Of a stretch of 64,000 nucleotides of DNA, positions 33,262 through 42,934 are shown in pieces (the stretch's first letter is position 1; each line of letters opens with the position of its first letter). Source of the stretch: an uncultured candidate division Zixibacteria bacterium (lineage in GTDB: Bacteria; Zixibacteria; MSB-5A5; GN15; PGXB01); assembly GCA_963702205.1 (NCBI GenBank), contig OY969724.1, positions 1,888,001 through 1,952,000 of the forward strand. The letters run 5' to 3'. Both the position numbers and the translations under genes were made by a program. Below the pieces are notes generated by a model, which was given only the letters and a program-made list of their open reading frames with translations, was not told the DNA's origin and searched no databases.

Positions 33262-33356
33262 ACCCGATTATTTTTATTGTTTACTTGCCTGATTCGGGCG
33301 TATGGGATAATTTTGTCATTGGAGACAAAATAAATTCCCAAATTTGAGGAGGCGTT

Positions 33357-34076
33357 CTGAATCAGACCCGGGCTCACAGAGAACCTGTCGAAAGTGTTCT
33401 CGATTTCTTATATCCTCCCTATTGTCTGGTTTGTGGCGACGCGGCCGACGGCTGGAATAAACTGCTGTGCCGGACCTGCATAAACAAAGCCGCCCGGTTC
33501 GACCAGCCGCTGTGCTTTGTTTGTCGCCAGGGTCTCGATAATTACGCCCGCTGTTCATTTTGTGAGACCGAAAATCCCCTGCCGTTGTTTGTCCTCGGGG
33601 AATATGAACGGCCTCTCATGGATATAATTCACCGCTTCAAATACGATGGCTTCGAACGCCTGAGGGCTTTTTTCGGCGATAAACTTTGTGACCTGTATGA
33701 AAAGTCGTTAGACGACCTCAAAATCGATCTGCTGGTTCCGGTCCCGTTGGGCAGTATCCGGAAAAAGTTAAGAGGGTTCAATCAGGCCGAGGTTTTGTCC
33801 GATACTATTAGCAGGCGCCTGGGTATCGGATCGGCCGTGGATGGGGTAAAAAAAGCCCGAAAAACCAAAGATCAAACGCGCCTGGATCCGGCCCAGCGCC
33901 TTTTGAATATGCAAGGCGCTTTTATGGCGGGAACCGGGGTTTTAAACGGCAAGAGGATTGCCCTGATCGACGACGTCGTCACCACTGGGGCGACCATAAA
34001 TGAACTCAGCCGTGTAATAGAAAGTGTCGGCGGGCAGGTGGTTTGTGCCATCGCCGCCGCATCCTCTCATGACTGA
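33357..34076 (+). CDS. comF: ComF family protein (Zn-ribbon + PRTase), probable CTG start
   Basis: Frame is open from 33348 with DFLYPPYCLVC and three more CxxC, then FKY, RGFNQA, LIDDVVTTGAT; GAGGAGG precedes CTG 33357. Confidence 0.85.
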   Translation: MNQTRAHREPVESVLDFLYPPYCLVCGDAADGWNKLLCRTCINKAARFDQPLCFVCRQGLDNYARCSFCETENPLPLFVLGEYERPLMDIIHRFKYDGFERLRAFFGDKLCDLYEKSLDDLKIDLLVPVPLGSIRKKLRGFNQAEVLSDTISRRLGIGSAVDGVKKARKTKDQTRLDPAQRLLNMQGAFMAGTGVLNGKRIALIDDVVTTGATINELSRVIESVGGQVVCAIAAASSHD

Positions 34077-34995
34077 TATGACAGTGACCACACAAAACGG
34101 ATTCGACCGGGCTGTCGACGACTACCGGCAGTACCTGGAGCTGGAAAAAGGGCTGTCCGAAAATACGTTGAACGCCTATGTCCGGGATATTGTCGAGTTC
34201 AGGAAGCTTTTTTCGATGAAAGACAACCTGTCTGTCAGCCATCGGGTCATTACCGATTACCTGTCCAAGCTGAACAATCGCAACCGCCGCCCGGCTTCTA
34301 TCGCCCGCAAAATTTCAGCCCTGCGTAATTTCTACCGTTATCTGTCGGAGAACGGCCTTGTCGAAAGCAATCCTTTCGAGTTTGCCCGTGTTCCCAAAAT
34401 ATCGAGGTATCATCCCGATTATCTTTCCGTCAGCGAAATAGAAAAAATCCTGAACCAGCCCGATACAAGTAAGCCGTCGGGTATTCGTGACCAGGCCATG
34501 CTGGAACTCTTGTACGGCACCGGGATGCGCATTTCGGAGCTTCTGAATCTCCCGCTGACCTCTGTCTATGACGAAATCGGTTTTATTAAAGTGACTGGGA
34601 AGGGCAACAAAGAGAGGCTGGTGCCGTTCGGGCAATACGCCCGGCGCGCGGTCGAAAAATATCTTACCGAAGTCCGCGAACCGCTCAAAAAAGTCAGCCG
34701 GAGCGACATATTGTTTCTGTCGCGTTTCGGGCGGCCATTTTCACGGGTCGGGATCTGGAAAATTATCAAAAAGTACGCCCTCAAAGCCGGAATGGTCAAA
34801 AAAGTCACGCCCCACACTTTTCGCCACAGTTTCGCCACCCACCTGATCGAGGGTGGCGCCGACCTCCGCACCGTGCAGGAACTGCTCGGCCATTCCAGTA
34901 TTACGACCACGCAGATTTACACTCAGGTTGACCGTGAATATCTGTTGTCGGTGCATCGTGATTTCCACCCCCGCGAACGGAACGCGAAAGGCTGA
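34069..34995 (+). CDS. xerD: site-specific tyrosine recombinase XerD
   Basis: LELEKGLSENT..AY, ELLYGTGMRISE, GKGNKERLVP, TPHTFRHSFATHL, LLGH, TTQIY. Confidence 0.9.
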   Translation: MTDMTVTTQNGFDRAVDDYRQYLELEKGLSENTLNAYVRDIVEFRKLFSMKDNLSVSHRVITDYLSKLNNRNRRPASIARKISALRNFYRYLSENGLVESNPFEFARVPKISRYHPDYLSVSEIEKILNQPDTSKPSGIRDQAMLELLYGTGMRISELLNLPLTSVYDEIGFIKVTGKGNKERLVPFGQYARRAVEKYLTEVREPLKKVSRSDILFLSRFGRPFSRVGIWKIIKKYALKAGMVKKVTPHTFRHSFATHLIEGGADLRTVQELLGHSSITTTQIYTQVDREYLLSVHRDFHPRERNAKG

Positions 34996-35002
34996 TCCGA
35001 TT

Positions 35003-35929
35003 ATGTTCCACTGTGCCATCAGACAGGAAGGAATCGATATCGTCTACAACGTGACGCGCTCGTTCGAAGACGAAAACATCTCCATACACTATTTCCGGAC
35101 GATTGCTGAACTGCTGAGATTATCCCAGCGTTTTCACCTTGACATGATATTTATCGCGGGGAAAGGCAATTTCTCCACCGAGCTGGAACTATCGCGAAGG
35201 ATCAAAAGCCATATCTTCCTTGCCGTCATTCCGGCCATACTGTACCACCCTCAACCAGATGAAAGCACCATGATTTCAGGCTTCGAGAACGGCTGCGATG
35301 AATTCCTGACGGGGCCGTGGAAAGACCGGCTGTTTGAAGTTAAGCTCAAAGCCGTTGCCGAAAGAAGCGTCCGTGATATATCGTTCAACCCCTCGACCCG
35401 CCTGCCCGGCCCCGGCCTCATCGAAAAAGAGATCGACCGCCTGTTGAAGCTCGAAGCCGATTTCGCCATCTGCTATTCCGACATCGACGAGTTCAAGGCC
35501 TATAACGACTATTACGGCTATTATTACGGCGACCGGGTCATAAAGTTGACGGCTCGGATCATTCGCGACGCCGTGTTCGACATCTGCCCCGAGGGTTTTG
35601 TCGGACATATCGGCGGCGACGATTTTATTTCGATTATCCCGACCGGACAGATCAGTCCCGTCTGCGAAAACGTCATCAAGGTTTTCGATTCACTGGTACA
35701 GTATCGTTACGCCGATGAAGACCGTCGCCGGGGGACGATTACCACCCGCAATCGTAAAGGTGTAATCGAGACATTTAATTTGCTCACCATCTCGACCGCC
35801 GTGCTGGTCAATCGCAAAGATACCTTCAAACACGTTGGGGAGATGGCCCACATGCTGGCCGACCTGAAGAAATATTCGAAATCTCTCAAGGGTTCGAATT
35901 TCGTCGTCGAACGACGCAAGAAGTACTGA
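35003..35929 (+). CDS. receiver-like + GGDEF-domain protein
   Basis: NPSTRLPG, DIDEFKAYNDYYG..GD, GHIGGDDF; degenerate N-terminal REC domain. Confidence 0.85.
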   Translation: MFHCAIRQEGIDIVYNVTRSFEDENISIHYFRTIAELLRLSQRFHLDMIFIAGKGNFSTELELSRRIKSHIFLAVIPAILYHPQPDESTMISGFENGCDEFLTGPWKDRLFEVKLKAVAERSVRDISFNPSTRLPGPGLIEKEIDRLLKLEADFAICYSDIDEFKAYNDYYGYYYGDRVIKLTARIIRDAVFDICPEGFVGHIGGDDFISIIPTGQISPVCENVIKVFDSLVQYRYADEDRRRGTITTRNRKGVIETFNLLTISTAVLVNRKDTFKHVGEMAHMLADLKKYSKSLKGSNFVVERRKKY

Positions 35930-35932
35930 TCG

Positions 35933-38068
35933 TTATTGACCCGGGCTGTTTAATAAATTTCGTGCCGGAGCCAGCGACGGGTCCAGTTGAAGGGCCTTTT
36001 GTGCGTAACGACGAACCGAATCGGCCGGATAGCCAAATCTCTGAAACGTCGCCGCCAGGTTGAAATAGACCCGTGCGAAATTGCTGTCGGCTGCAATGGC
36101 GCTACGGTACATTTTTATCGCGGGATCAGCCTGACCCGTGGCGTAGTAGATATTGCCCCAGTTGGTGTAATCCACCGCCGAAAGTTCTCCCATGGATGCC
36201 GCTTTTTCGAACATAGCCTCAGCCCTGGGGTATTCCTGCTGACGGGCATAGAGCGCTCCGAGCTTGGAGAGGGCTTCGTTTTTGGTCGAGTCGACTACCC
36301 ACGCCTGCCGGTAAGCCACTTCGGCCCGGAGATAATCCTGCCGTTCCAGGTACACGTCGCCGAGATTCAAATGCGTCTGGTACAAATCCGGATTTTTACC
36401 GAGCGCCCGCTGGTAAAACTTCTCGGCGTTTTCCAGATCGCCCTTGCTTTCGTGCACCAGACCGATATTGTTGTAGGCGTCCGCAAAGTCGGGGTCGTAT
36501 TGTAACGCCTTGTGAAAATTGGACAGCGCTTCGTTCAACTTTCCGAGTCGGTACTGCACGAAACCGAGATTGTTGAGCGTAATCGGCGAGGCCGGATCGC
36601 TATCGAGAGCGTTGATGTACTCCTGTTCGGCCATTTTCAGGTCGCCCCGGTGATCGTACGTCAGCGCCAGGTTGAAATGAATCTGGGTGGTATTTTCAAA
36701 CCCGACTTCGAAGTACGTCCGGTTGCACAGGATCAGGGCGACGATCAATAGGCCGCCGTAAATGAGCAGCCTTCTGCGATCATTCCTTTTGAAAAATTCA
36801 ATAAGTGCCAATATTCCGGCCGACGCGAACAAAATAAGAAAAGGTACGACCGGCAGACGGTGCCGCGCCGTCACCAGAAACAGCACGACTGTCGGCATGT
36901 ATCCGATTATGAAGATATATAAAAGTGCCAGTTTCCGGCGGTTGTTCCATGCCTGCACCATGCCGACCAGAGCCAGCGGGATAAGAAGCCCGAACGGAAA
37001 GTAGATGATAAAATGCCAGAGCAGGAGTCCGTACATCCACGAATACGCGCGACTGAAATAGATGTCGGTCTGGTCCGAATTTTCGAACCCGATCAAAAAA
37101 TAGACGGTTTTCCTGAGCGTGATTCGGATAAACTTGCCCGGATTGGACCGAATGAAATCGACCGCCTTTTTGGTCCAGAACGATGATTCCTCGGAATCGG
37201 TCAGGGGTCGTCCGGCCTCGCGCTCGGCGGTCTGTCGGGTTGCCGACGTGAATTCGGTCCAGGGAAGAGATTCATCGAGCCTGACCTCCGGCATCAGCAT
37301 GGTTAGTCCATCGGTGTCCGGGTTGTTTCCGATATATAAATTCACCCCGCCCTGCGAAGAAATTAAAATCGTCTCACCGGTGACGACATAATTGCGCACC
37401 GTCACCGATAGTACAGGAATCAATACCCCGGCAAGATAGATCAGTGCCTTAAAGGCCGCCGCTTTGGAGCGCGGCCGGGAAGCCGCGAAGTATATCCACA
37501 CCATAAAGGCGGGCACCAGCAGCAGGACGTTGGGACGGGCGATAGCGGCCAGTCCCAGCACGAACCCGGCGACCAGCCAGTGCCGGAGTTTTTCGCTTTC
37601 TTTGTACAGGATCATCAGGTATACGGCGACCAGGTTTAAAAAGATAAACAGGACCGGAATCAAAAACATCGCTTCATAGAAAATCATTGTACCGTAGGCC
37701 GCCAGCGCAAACCCCGCCCGAACGGCGACTTTACGAGAGAACAGCTTCTGGCCGATTTTGAAAATCATCACCGCCGACCCGGCCCCGAGCAGCATCTGCA
37801 ACAGCCTCGTCCAGAACAGGTGGCTGCCGGTTATTTTCAGCAGTAAGGCCAGGAAGTACGGATACAGCGGTCCGCGAAAATAGACGGTGCTCCCCCAGAA
37901 ATTCCCGCCGAGGATTTCTTTGGCCCAGTTAAGATGCCAGAGTTCATCGACCATCGGAAAATAAAAGGCCGGATTGGAGCGGGACTGAATCAGATAGACC
38001 AGCCGTATAAAGAAGGCCGCCAGGAAAATCACCAGCGGCCATTTATGACGCTTAATAAAATCTTTCAT
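35933..38068 (-). CDS. GT-C (ArnT/PMT-like) glycosyltransferase with C-terminal TPRs
   Basis: VDE..H, PLYPYFLA, RPN, GVNLYIGNN, RHRLP; multiple TPRs. Confidence 0.8.
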   Translation of the reverse strand: MKDFIKRHKWPLVIFLAAFFIRLVYLIQSRSNPAFYFPMVDELWHLNWAKEILGGNFWGSTVYFRGPLYPYFLALLLKITGSHLFWTRLLQMLLGAGSAVMIFKIGQKLFSRKVAVRAGFALAAYGTMIFYEAMFLIPVLFIFLNLVAVYLMILYKESEKLRHWLVAGFVLGLAAIARPNVLLLVPAFMVWIYFAASRPRSKAAAFKALIYLAGVLIPVLSVTVRNYVVTGETILISSQGGVNLYIGNNPDTDGLTMLMPEVRLDESLPWTEFTSATRQTAEREAGRPLTDSEESSFWTKKAVDFIRSNPGKFIRITLRKTVYFLIGFENSDQTDIYFSRAYSWMYGLLLWHFIIYFPFGLLIPLALVGMVQAWNNRRKLALLYIFIIGYMPTVVLFLVTARHRLPVVPFLILFASAGILALIEFFKRNDRRRLLIYGGLLIVALILCNRTYFEVGFENTTQIHFNLALTYDHRGDLKMAEQEYINALDSDPASPITLNNLGFVQYRLGKLNEALSNFHKALQYDPDFADAYNNIGLVHESKGDLENAEKFYQRALGKNPDLYQTHLNLGDVYLERQDYLRAEVAYRQAWVVDSTKNEALSKLGALYARQQEYPRAEAMFEKAASMGELSAVDYTNWGNIYYATGQADPAIKMYRSAIAADSNFARVYFNLAATFQRFGYPADSVRRYAQKALQLDPSLAPARNLLNSPGQ

Positions 38069-38074
38069 GCACTA

Positions 38075-40069
38075 TCAGCCGTCGCTTTTGCCGGTCCCCC
38101 TGGCAAAGAAGTACATCATTACGGCCAGCCCGAATATGGTTAACAATGATAAATACGGGCCAAAAGCTCCGGTCAGCGACTCGTTCATGCCTTCATGGGC
38201 CTCGAAAAAGGCCCGGTACGACCCGTCGCCGAATTTATCCGAGCCATATATGGCGAAAGCCGTAAACACTCCCACCAAAGCATCGCCCGCGACAATTCCC
38301 GAGGCGAACAATAACCCTATCTGCTCCCGGGCCTTTTTAACGATTCCGGTCCCCTTCGATTTATTCACCAGCAGGGCGACCAGGCCGCCCAGCATAATCG
38401 GTGTCGAAAGCGACAGGGGAAGGTACAGCCCGATTGCGAACGGCAGGGATTGTATTCCCAAAAGTTCCACCGCGACCGCGATCATCCCGCCGACAATTAT
38501 CGGTGTCCACGGGATGTTGGCGTTCATGACGCCCTGCACGACCGTGGCCATAACGTTTGCCTGCGGCGCCAGTACGGGGTTGGGATGCTGCGCCGATTGC
38601 ACGAAACCGAACGTTTCACCGAGAATATAGAGCGTAAAACCCATCGCTATGGCAGGGAAAAACAGCCCGACAAATTCCATGATCTGCATTTTCTTGGGCG
38701 TCCCGCCCAGCAGATAGCCGGTCTTGAGGTCCTGGGCAATGTCGCCGGACAAACACACCGCGATACAAACGACGGCACCGACCGACATGGCCGTCACCAT
38801 GCCTTTGGTGCCGCTGACACCGAATGCCAAAAGGATCAGGCAGGTTACCAAAAGCGTCGCGATGGTCATTCCTGATACGGGCGACGACGACGAACCGACA
38901 ATTCCGACAATCCGCGCTGCGACCACGACAAAGAAAAACCCGAACAGCACCGCCAATAAAGCACCGAGAATATGAAGATCGGTGCCGGGCAAAGCCCAGA
39001 TGGCGACCGTAATTAGAAGGGTTCCGATAAGTACCGCCGACATTGGCAAATCCCTGTCGGTTCGCGGTACTTTGTCATCGGAGACCTTGCCTTTGAAAAT
39101 TTCTCTGGCCCCGGCCGCAAAAGAGTGCACTATGACCGGGATCGACTTGGCCAGCGATACGAAGCCACCGACCGCGACCGCCCCAACTCCGAGATATTTT
39201 ATGAAGAAATTACGTAATTGTCCCGGGTCCATGTCACTCAAGGGGATTGTCCCGGGGGCGATGACGACACCGTGAATCTGCTGGCCGATAAACGACAGCA
39301 GGGGAGCAATGCCCAGATACCCCAAAACCGCGCCGGCCAGCATAAGGGCCGCAATACGGGGACCGATTATATATCCGACGCCGACCAGAACGGGGGTGGC
39401 GTCCATGCCGATCGTTCCGCCCTTAATTACTTTCTTGAAATCGTACGTCGGCGATTCTGACCATAAACGCGACGCATAATAGAGTATTTTGTAAAACGCC
39501 CCGATAAATATGCCCAGGAAAACCATTTTGGCCTTCCGGCCGCCCTCGTCACCGGCGATAATAATCTCGGCGCAGGCGGTGCCTTCGGGGAATTTCAGTT
39601 TACCGTGTTCTTTTTCAACGAGATACTTGCGCAGGGGAATCATCAACAGTATCCCCAGCCCGCCGCCGAGTATGGACAACCAGAATATCTGCCATTTGGT
39701 AACGGTATGTTCGTATCCCTGGGCCGCCAGTTGGGCATTGGCCGCCCAAATAAAAAACGCCGGGAAAGTGAAAATTATTCCGGCTGCCAGAGATTCTCCG
39801 GCCGACCCGATCGTCTGGACAATGTTGTTTTCCAGGACGGTTACTTTCTTGAACATAGCCCGCAAAACCGCCATCGAAATCACCGCCGCCGGCAGCGAGG
39901 CCGAGACGGTCATACCGTATTTGACGCCGATATAGGCATTCGCGACACCGAATACGACCGAGAGAATTGATCCGAGCACGACGGCTTTGATCGTAACTTC
40001 TGCGATTGTTTCGGAAGCCGGAATATACGGCTTAAAAGGTGGTGTGTCGTTTTCGTTGGTGTTCGCCAC
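38075..40069 (-). CDS. OPT family oligopeptide transporter
   Basis: ENNIVQT, FPEGTACA, SSSPVSG, QDLKTG, APQAN. Confidence 0.93.
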   Translation of the reverse strand: MANTNENDTPPFKPYIPASETIAEVTIKAVVLGSILSVVFGVANAYIGVKYGMTVSASLPAAVISMAVLRAMFKKVTVLENNIVQTIGSAGESLAAGIIFTFPAFFIWAANAQLAAQGYEHTVTKWQIFWLSILGGGLGILLMIPLRKYLVEKEHGKLKFPEGTACAEIIIAGDEGGRKAKMVFLGIFIGAFYKILYYASRLWSESPTYDFKKVIKGGTIGMDATPVLVGVGYIIGPRIAALMLAGAVLGYLGIAPLLSFIGQQIHGVVIAPGTIPLSDMDPGQLRNFFIKYLGVGAVAVGGFVSLAKSIPVIVHSFAAGAREIFKGKVSDDKVPRTDRDLPMSAVLIGTLLITVAIWALPGTDLHILGALLAVLFGFFFVVVAARIVGIVGSSSSPVSGMTIATLLVTCLILLAFGVSGTKGMVTAMSVGAVVCIAVCLSGDIAQDLKTGYLLGGTPKKMQIMEFVGLFFPAIAMGFTLYILGETFGFVQSAQHPNPVLAPQANVMATVVQGVMNANIPWTPIIVGGMIAVAVELLGIQSLPFAIGLYLPLSLSTPIMLGGLVALLVNKSKGTGIVKKAREQIGLLFASGIVAGDALVGVFTAFAIYGSDKFGDGSYRAFFEAHEGMNESLTGAFGPYLSLLTIFGLAVMMYFFARGTGKSDG

Positions 40070-40121
40070 TATTCTCTCCCGACAAGATTTTGTGAAGATT
40101 GCATTAAGCTAAACTATTTTC

Positions 40122-40151
40122 TTGACTTGATACTGTCAAGACAAATATAAT
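40122..40151 (+). promoter_or_regulatory. sigma70-type promoter overlapped by inverted repeats
   Basis: TTGACT-18-TATAAT. Confidence 0.55.
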
Positions 40152-40401
40152 TTCGTATCAAGTGATATGAAGGAAATAAATTCCACGGGGTTGGAGAATT
40201 AATCGCTAAGGAATTAGATTAAACTGGAACTATTATATTATGACGGTTTATAAATACCAAATGGAGGTAAACACTTTCGTGAGGCCCATTACTTTAAACT
40301 GTCAACAATGCCGAAACCTGACCAGGGTCGTGAGGGTCGTTTAATGACGACAAGTCGAGAACAAATGGGCGGCGCAATTGTTAAATAATAGGAAATAGGA
40401 C

Positions 40402-40430
40402 TTGACAGATAATTTGATGGCACGTATTAT
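40402..40430 (+). promoter_or_regulatory. sigma70-type promoter
   Basis: TTGACA-17-TATTAT. Confidence 0.6.
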
Positions 40431-40590
40431 TAATATAGATGAAAATCCTCACCATTCCCACTGCCATATTGCGTTTAGAAGAGTATAAAAATCGTATTGC
40501 GGAATAGGAAACATCTGCCGAGTTACATGGAACGTGAGTCCTGAGGCAGAAAAAGGATTAACCAATAACCCTTAACGGGGGTGAGTGCTA

Positions 40591-41394
40591 ATGAGAAAAT
40601 TGAGCATCATCGCAGTCGGACTGATGTTTCTCCTGTCATCGGCGTTTGCGGCGGAGATTAGCAAACTGGCGATAGGCGAAACGGACGTCCAGAATGATAA
40701 TGTGGTCATTCCAATCATGCTAGACAACACAACTGCGATGGCCGGCATGGAATTGCCATTGGAGTACTCGGCGGGGGCCGTTCTTGACGAGGTGACATTT
40801 GAAGGCACCCGTTCGGAAGGCTTCGATCTCAAGGTGGCGAAAATTGACGCTGAAAACCATCAGGTAGTAATTGCTTTGATACCTATGGTTTACGGCGTAA
40901 ATCACCAGCTTGAAGCCGGGTCGGGCGTTATCGCCAACATGCATTTCACCGTGACGGATCCGGAATTGACGGAATTGGAAGTCAAACCGGTCGATGATAT
41001 GCCCAACCACTCCTTGATGTTTGTCCAATCAACCGGTTCGGAATTGATTGCTTCGAAGCCGGAATTCCAGGGCGTCAAGGTCGAACTGTCAAGTTCGGAA
41101 CCGACTGTCCCGCTGACTTTCGCGCTTCATCAGAACTTCCCGAATCCGTTTAACCCGAGCACGACGCTCAGTTACGATTTGGATGCGGCAAGCCATGTGA
41201 GTCTGGATGTTTTCAACGTCCTCGGTCAGAATGTTGCGACCCTGGTCGATGAATTTCAGCAGGCCGGCCCTCATGCAGTTGAATGGAACGGAAATGACGA
41301 TAGCGGTGCACCAGTAGCCACCGGTGTCTATTTCTATCGCATTAACGCCGGAGACAACAAAGTCGAAACCAAGAAGATGATGTTGCTGAAGTAA
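40591..41394 (+). CDS. secreted cohesin-like domain protein with C-terminal FlgD-Ig/T9SS-like sorting domain
   Basis: Signal peptide; VVIPIMLDN..AGMELPLEY...GSGVIANMHFTV; FALHQNFPNPFNPST...GVYFYRI...KKMMLLK. Confidence 0.8.
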   Translation: MRKLSIIAVGLMFLLSSAFAAEISKLAIGETDVQNDNVVIPIMLDNTTAMAGMELPLEYSAGAVLDEVTFEGTRSEGFDLKVAKIDAENHQVVIALIPMVYGVNHQLEAGSGVIANMHFTVTDPELTELEVKPVDDMPNHSLMFVQSTGSELIASKPEFQGVKVELSSSEPTVPLTFALHQNFPNPFNPSTTLSYDLDAASHVSLDVFNVLGQNVATLVDEFQQAGPHAVEWNGNDDSGAPVATGVYFYRINAGDNKVETKKMMLLK

Positions 41395-41426
41395 TTGTAA
41401 AAGTTTATACCCTATAGGCAAGTGAG

Positions 41427-41461
41427 GACCCCTCCATTACGAAATGGAGGGGTTTCTTTTT
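41427..41461 (+). terminator. intrinsic terminator
   Basis: ACCCCTCCATT/AATGGAGGGGT followed by TTCTTTTT. Confidence 0.85.
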
Positions 41462-41664
41462 GCGGCAGTTTCTGCGAATACTTAACTTGTTGATATTTTA
41501 TGATTTATTAGTCTATTGAAGTGTGAGTCATCCACAATCGCCGCAGTCTCTGCGTTTTTCTCGACTGTTTCTAAATTTTATTTTTCACCTATATTCTCTA
41601 AGCGCATTGATAACAATGTCTTATGCTGAGCGCCATAATTGCGGCATGGCGTTTGTATATAATA

Positions 41665-41808
41665 TACTTCGGTCAGCTAAAGGCAATGCTAACAGGAAGG
41701 ACCTGTGCCTGCCAAATACGTCGTGAAGAGCAACTTGTGGTAGAGTTACTCGGTTACATTGACTGAGGTAAGATGGGTTCCCGAACGGATCTCGGGAACC
41801 CGTTTTTT
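41665..41808 (+). ncRNA. candidate small structured RNA with its own terminator
   Basis: 12-bp closing stem 41665-76/41759-70, two internal hairpins, upstream TATAAT, downstream hairpin plus T6. Confidence 0.45.
41775..41808 (+). terminator. intrinsic terminator (T-tract on + strand)
   Basis: GGGTTCCCGA/TCGGGAACCC followed by GTTTTTT. Confidence 0.8.
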
Positions 41809-42823
41809 ATTTTAGCTGAAACTGCGAATAGTACTCTGAATCGGCCGGACGAACTTTGAACTTGCGACCGTCACCTTCATTGATAACGCTCACTTCCACT
41901 TCGGCGTTGTCTTTATCATCGCAGTACCGTGCGGTCAAAGCAGCCGCTTCCATAATTTTATCTTCGCCGTTGGTGCTTATATAGATTCCTGTCGGCGAAC
42001 CGATTCCCAGGGCTTCGAGCAATAAATCACCCGGTTTGGCATACTGTCTTATCTTGTCGTTTTCATCCTCGTGGCGGCCGATGATAACTTTCGTGCCGTC
42101 ATCGAGACGAAAATGCCGTCCGACCCGAAGCAGGTTCAGATCATTGAAATCGATTCGGTCGGTGTGCTGCATCAGATCACGCAGGCGATTGGAATATGAT
42201 ACATCGGTCAACAGGCAGCCCGCCGCCGGTGATGGGTAATCTTCGAGACCGAACTCCTCGGCCATGGCGATTTGCGGCTTACGCGAACGGCCGTTGATGT
42301 CTCCCAGCAGCTCACGGTTAACCAGTCCTTTTTGTTCCGCGATAGTCGGATCGAGCAGCTTGGCGCACAGCGGGCGGAGCAGATACCCCTCCAGTCCGGC
42401 ATCGCGCTCCACGGCTCGCATCATGTTACGATGCTGCGATTTGGGTCGCTGTCCGAGGACTTCGCCGGTTAATACAAAATCAGCTCCGACTATTCGCATG
42501 TACTCTTTGGCTTCTTTGAGCATCAGGATGCGGCAGTCGACGCACGGATTCATGTTTTTGCCGTATCCGTACTTCGGCTGCTGGACGATCTTTATAAATT
42601 GCTCGCCGAGGTGCACCAGCCGGACGTTGAACTTGAATTTCTCCGCGACCGGATAGGGATCGGCACTGCAGCTGGACCGGTCCTTTATGTCGCAGCCAAA
42701 ATGGGTCAGAAAAGTTAGAGCGGTGACTTCGATTTCCTGCTGGAGCATCATGAGGATGGCCAGGGCCGAATCGAGCCCGCCCGAAAAAAGTGCTATGGCG
42801 TGGGGTCGTTTCATTTCATTCAT
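41807..42823 (-). CDS. PP-loop ATPase, ThiI/MnmA-like putative tRNA sulfurtransferase (no THUMP domain)
   Basis: SGGLDS, NPCVDC, GEVLGQRP, PAAGCLLT, GRHFR. Confidence 0.75.
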   Translation of the reverse strand: MNEMKRPHAIALFSGGLDSALAILMMLQQEIEVTALTFLTHFGCDIKDRSSCSADPYPVAEKFKFNVRLVHLGEQFIKIVQQPKYGYGKNMNPCVDCRILMLKEAKEYMRIVGADFVLTGEVLGQRPKSQHRNMMRAVERDAGLEGYLLRPLCAKLLDPTIAEQKGLVNRELLGDINGRSRKPQIAMAEEFGLEDYPSPAAGCLLTDVSYSNRLRDLMQHTDRIDFNDLNLLRVGRHFRLDDGTKVIIGRHEDENDKIRQYAKPGDLLLEALGIGSPTGIYISTNGEDKIMEAAALTARYCDDKDNAEVEVSVINEGDGRKFKVRPADSEYYSQFQLK

Positions 42824-42934
42824 AATTTAATTATTCTTTAATAATGTTTACGGTTTAATCTATTAACGTAATAAAGATAATGATATTTGCCTGTTTTTAT
42901 AGCAAAAGATTGAATTTACGGCCTAATTTGTGGC

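Noticed and set aside
34069..34995. Tyrosine recombinase as a prophage or island integrase
   Set aside because: It has XerD-type length and motifs in a housekeeping context, with no att sites or cargo.
40418..40432. TGGCACG as a sigma54 promoter
   Set aside because: There is no TTGC -12 element, and it lies inside the spacer of a good sigma70 promoter.
41523..41726. 67-aa ORF in the intergenic region (also 5319-5501)
   Set aside because: It has no SD or recognisable motif and overlaps promoter-like and structured sequence.
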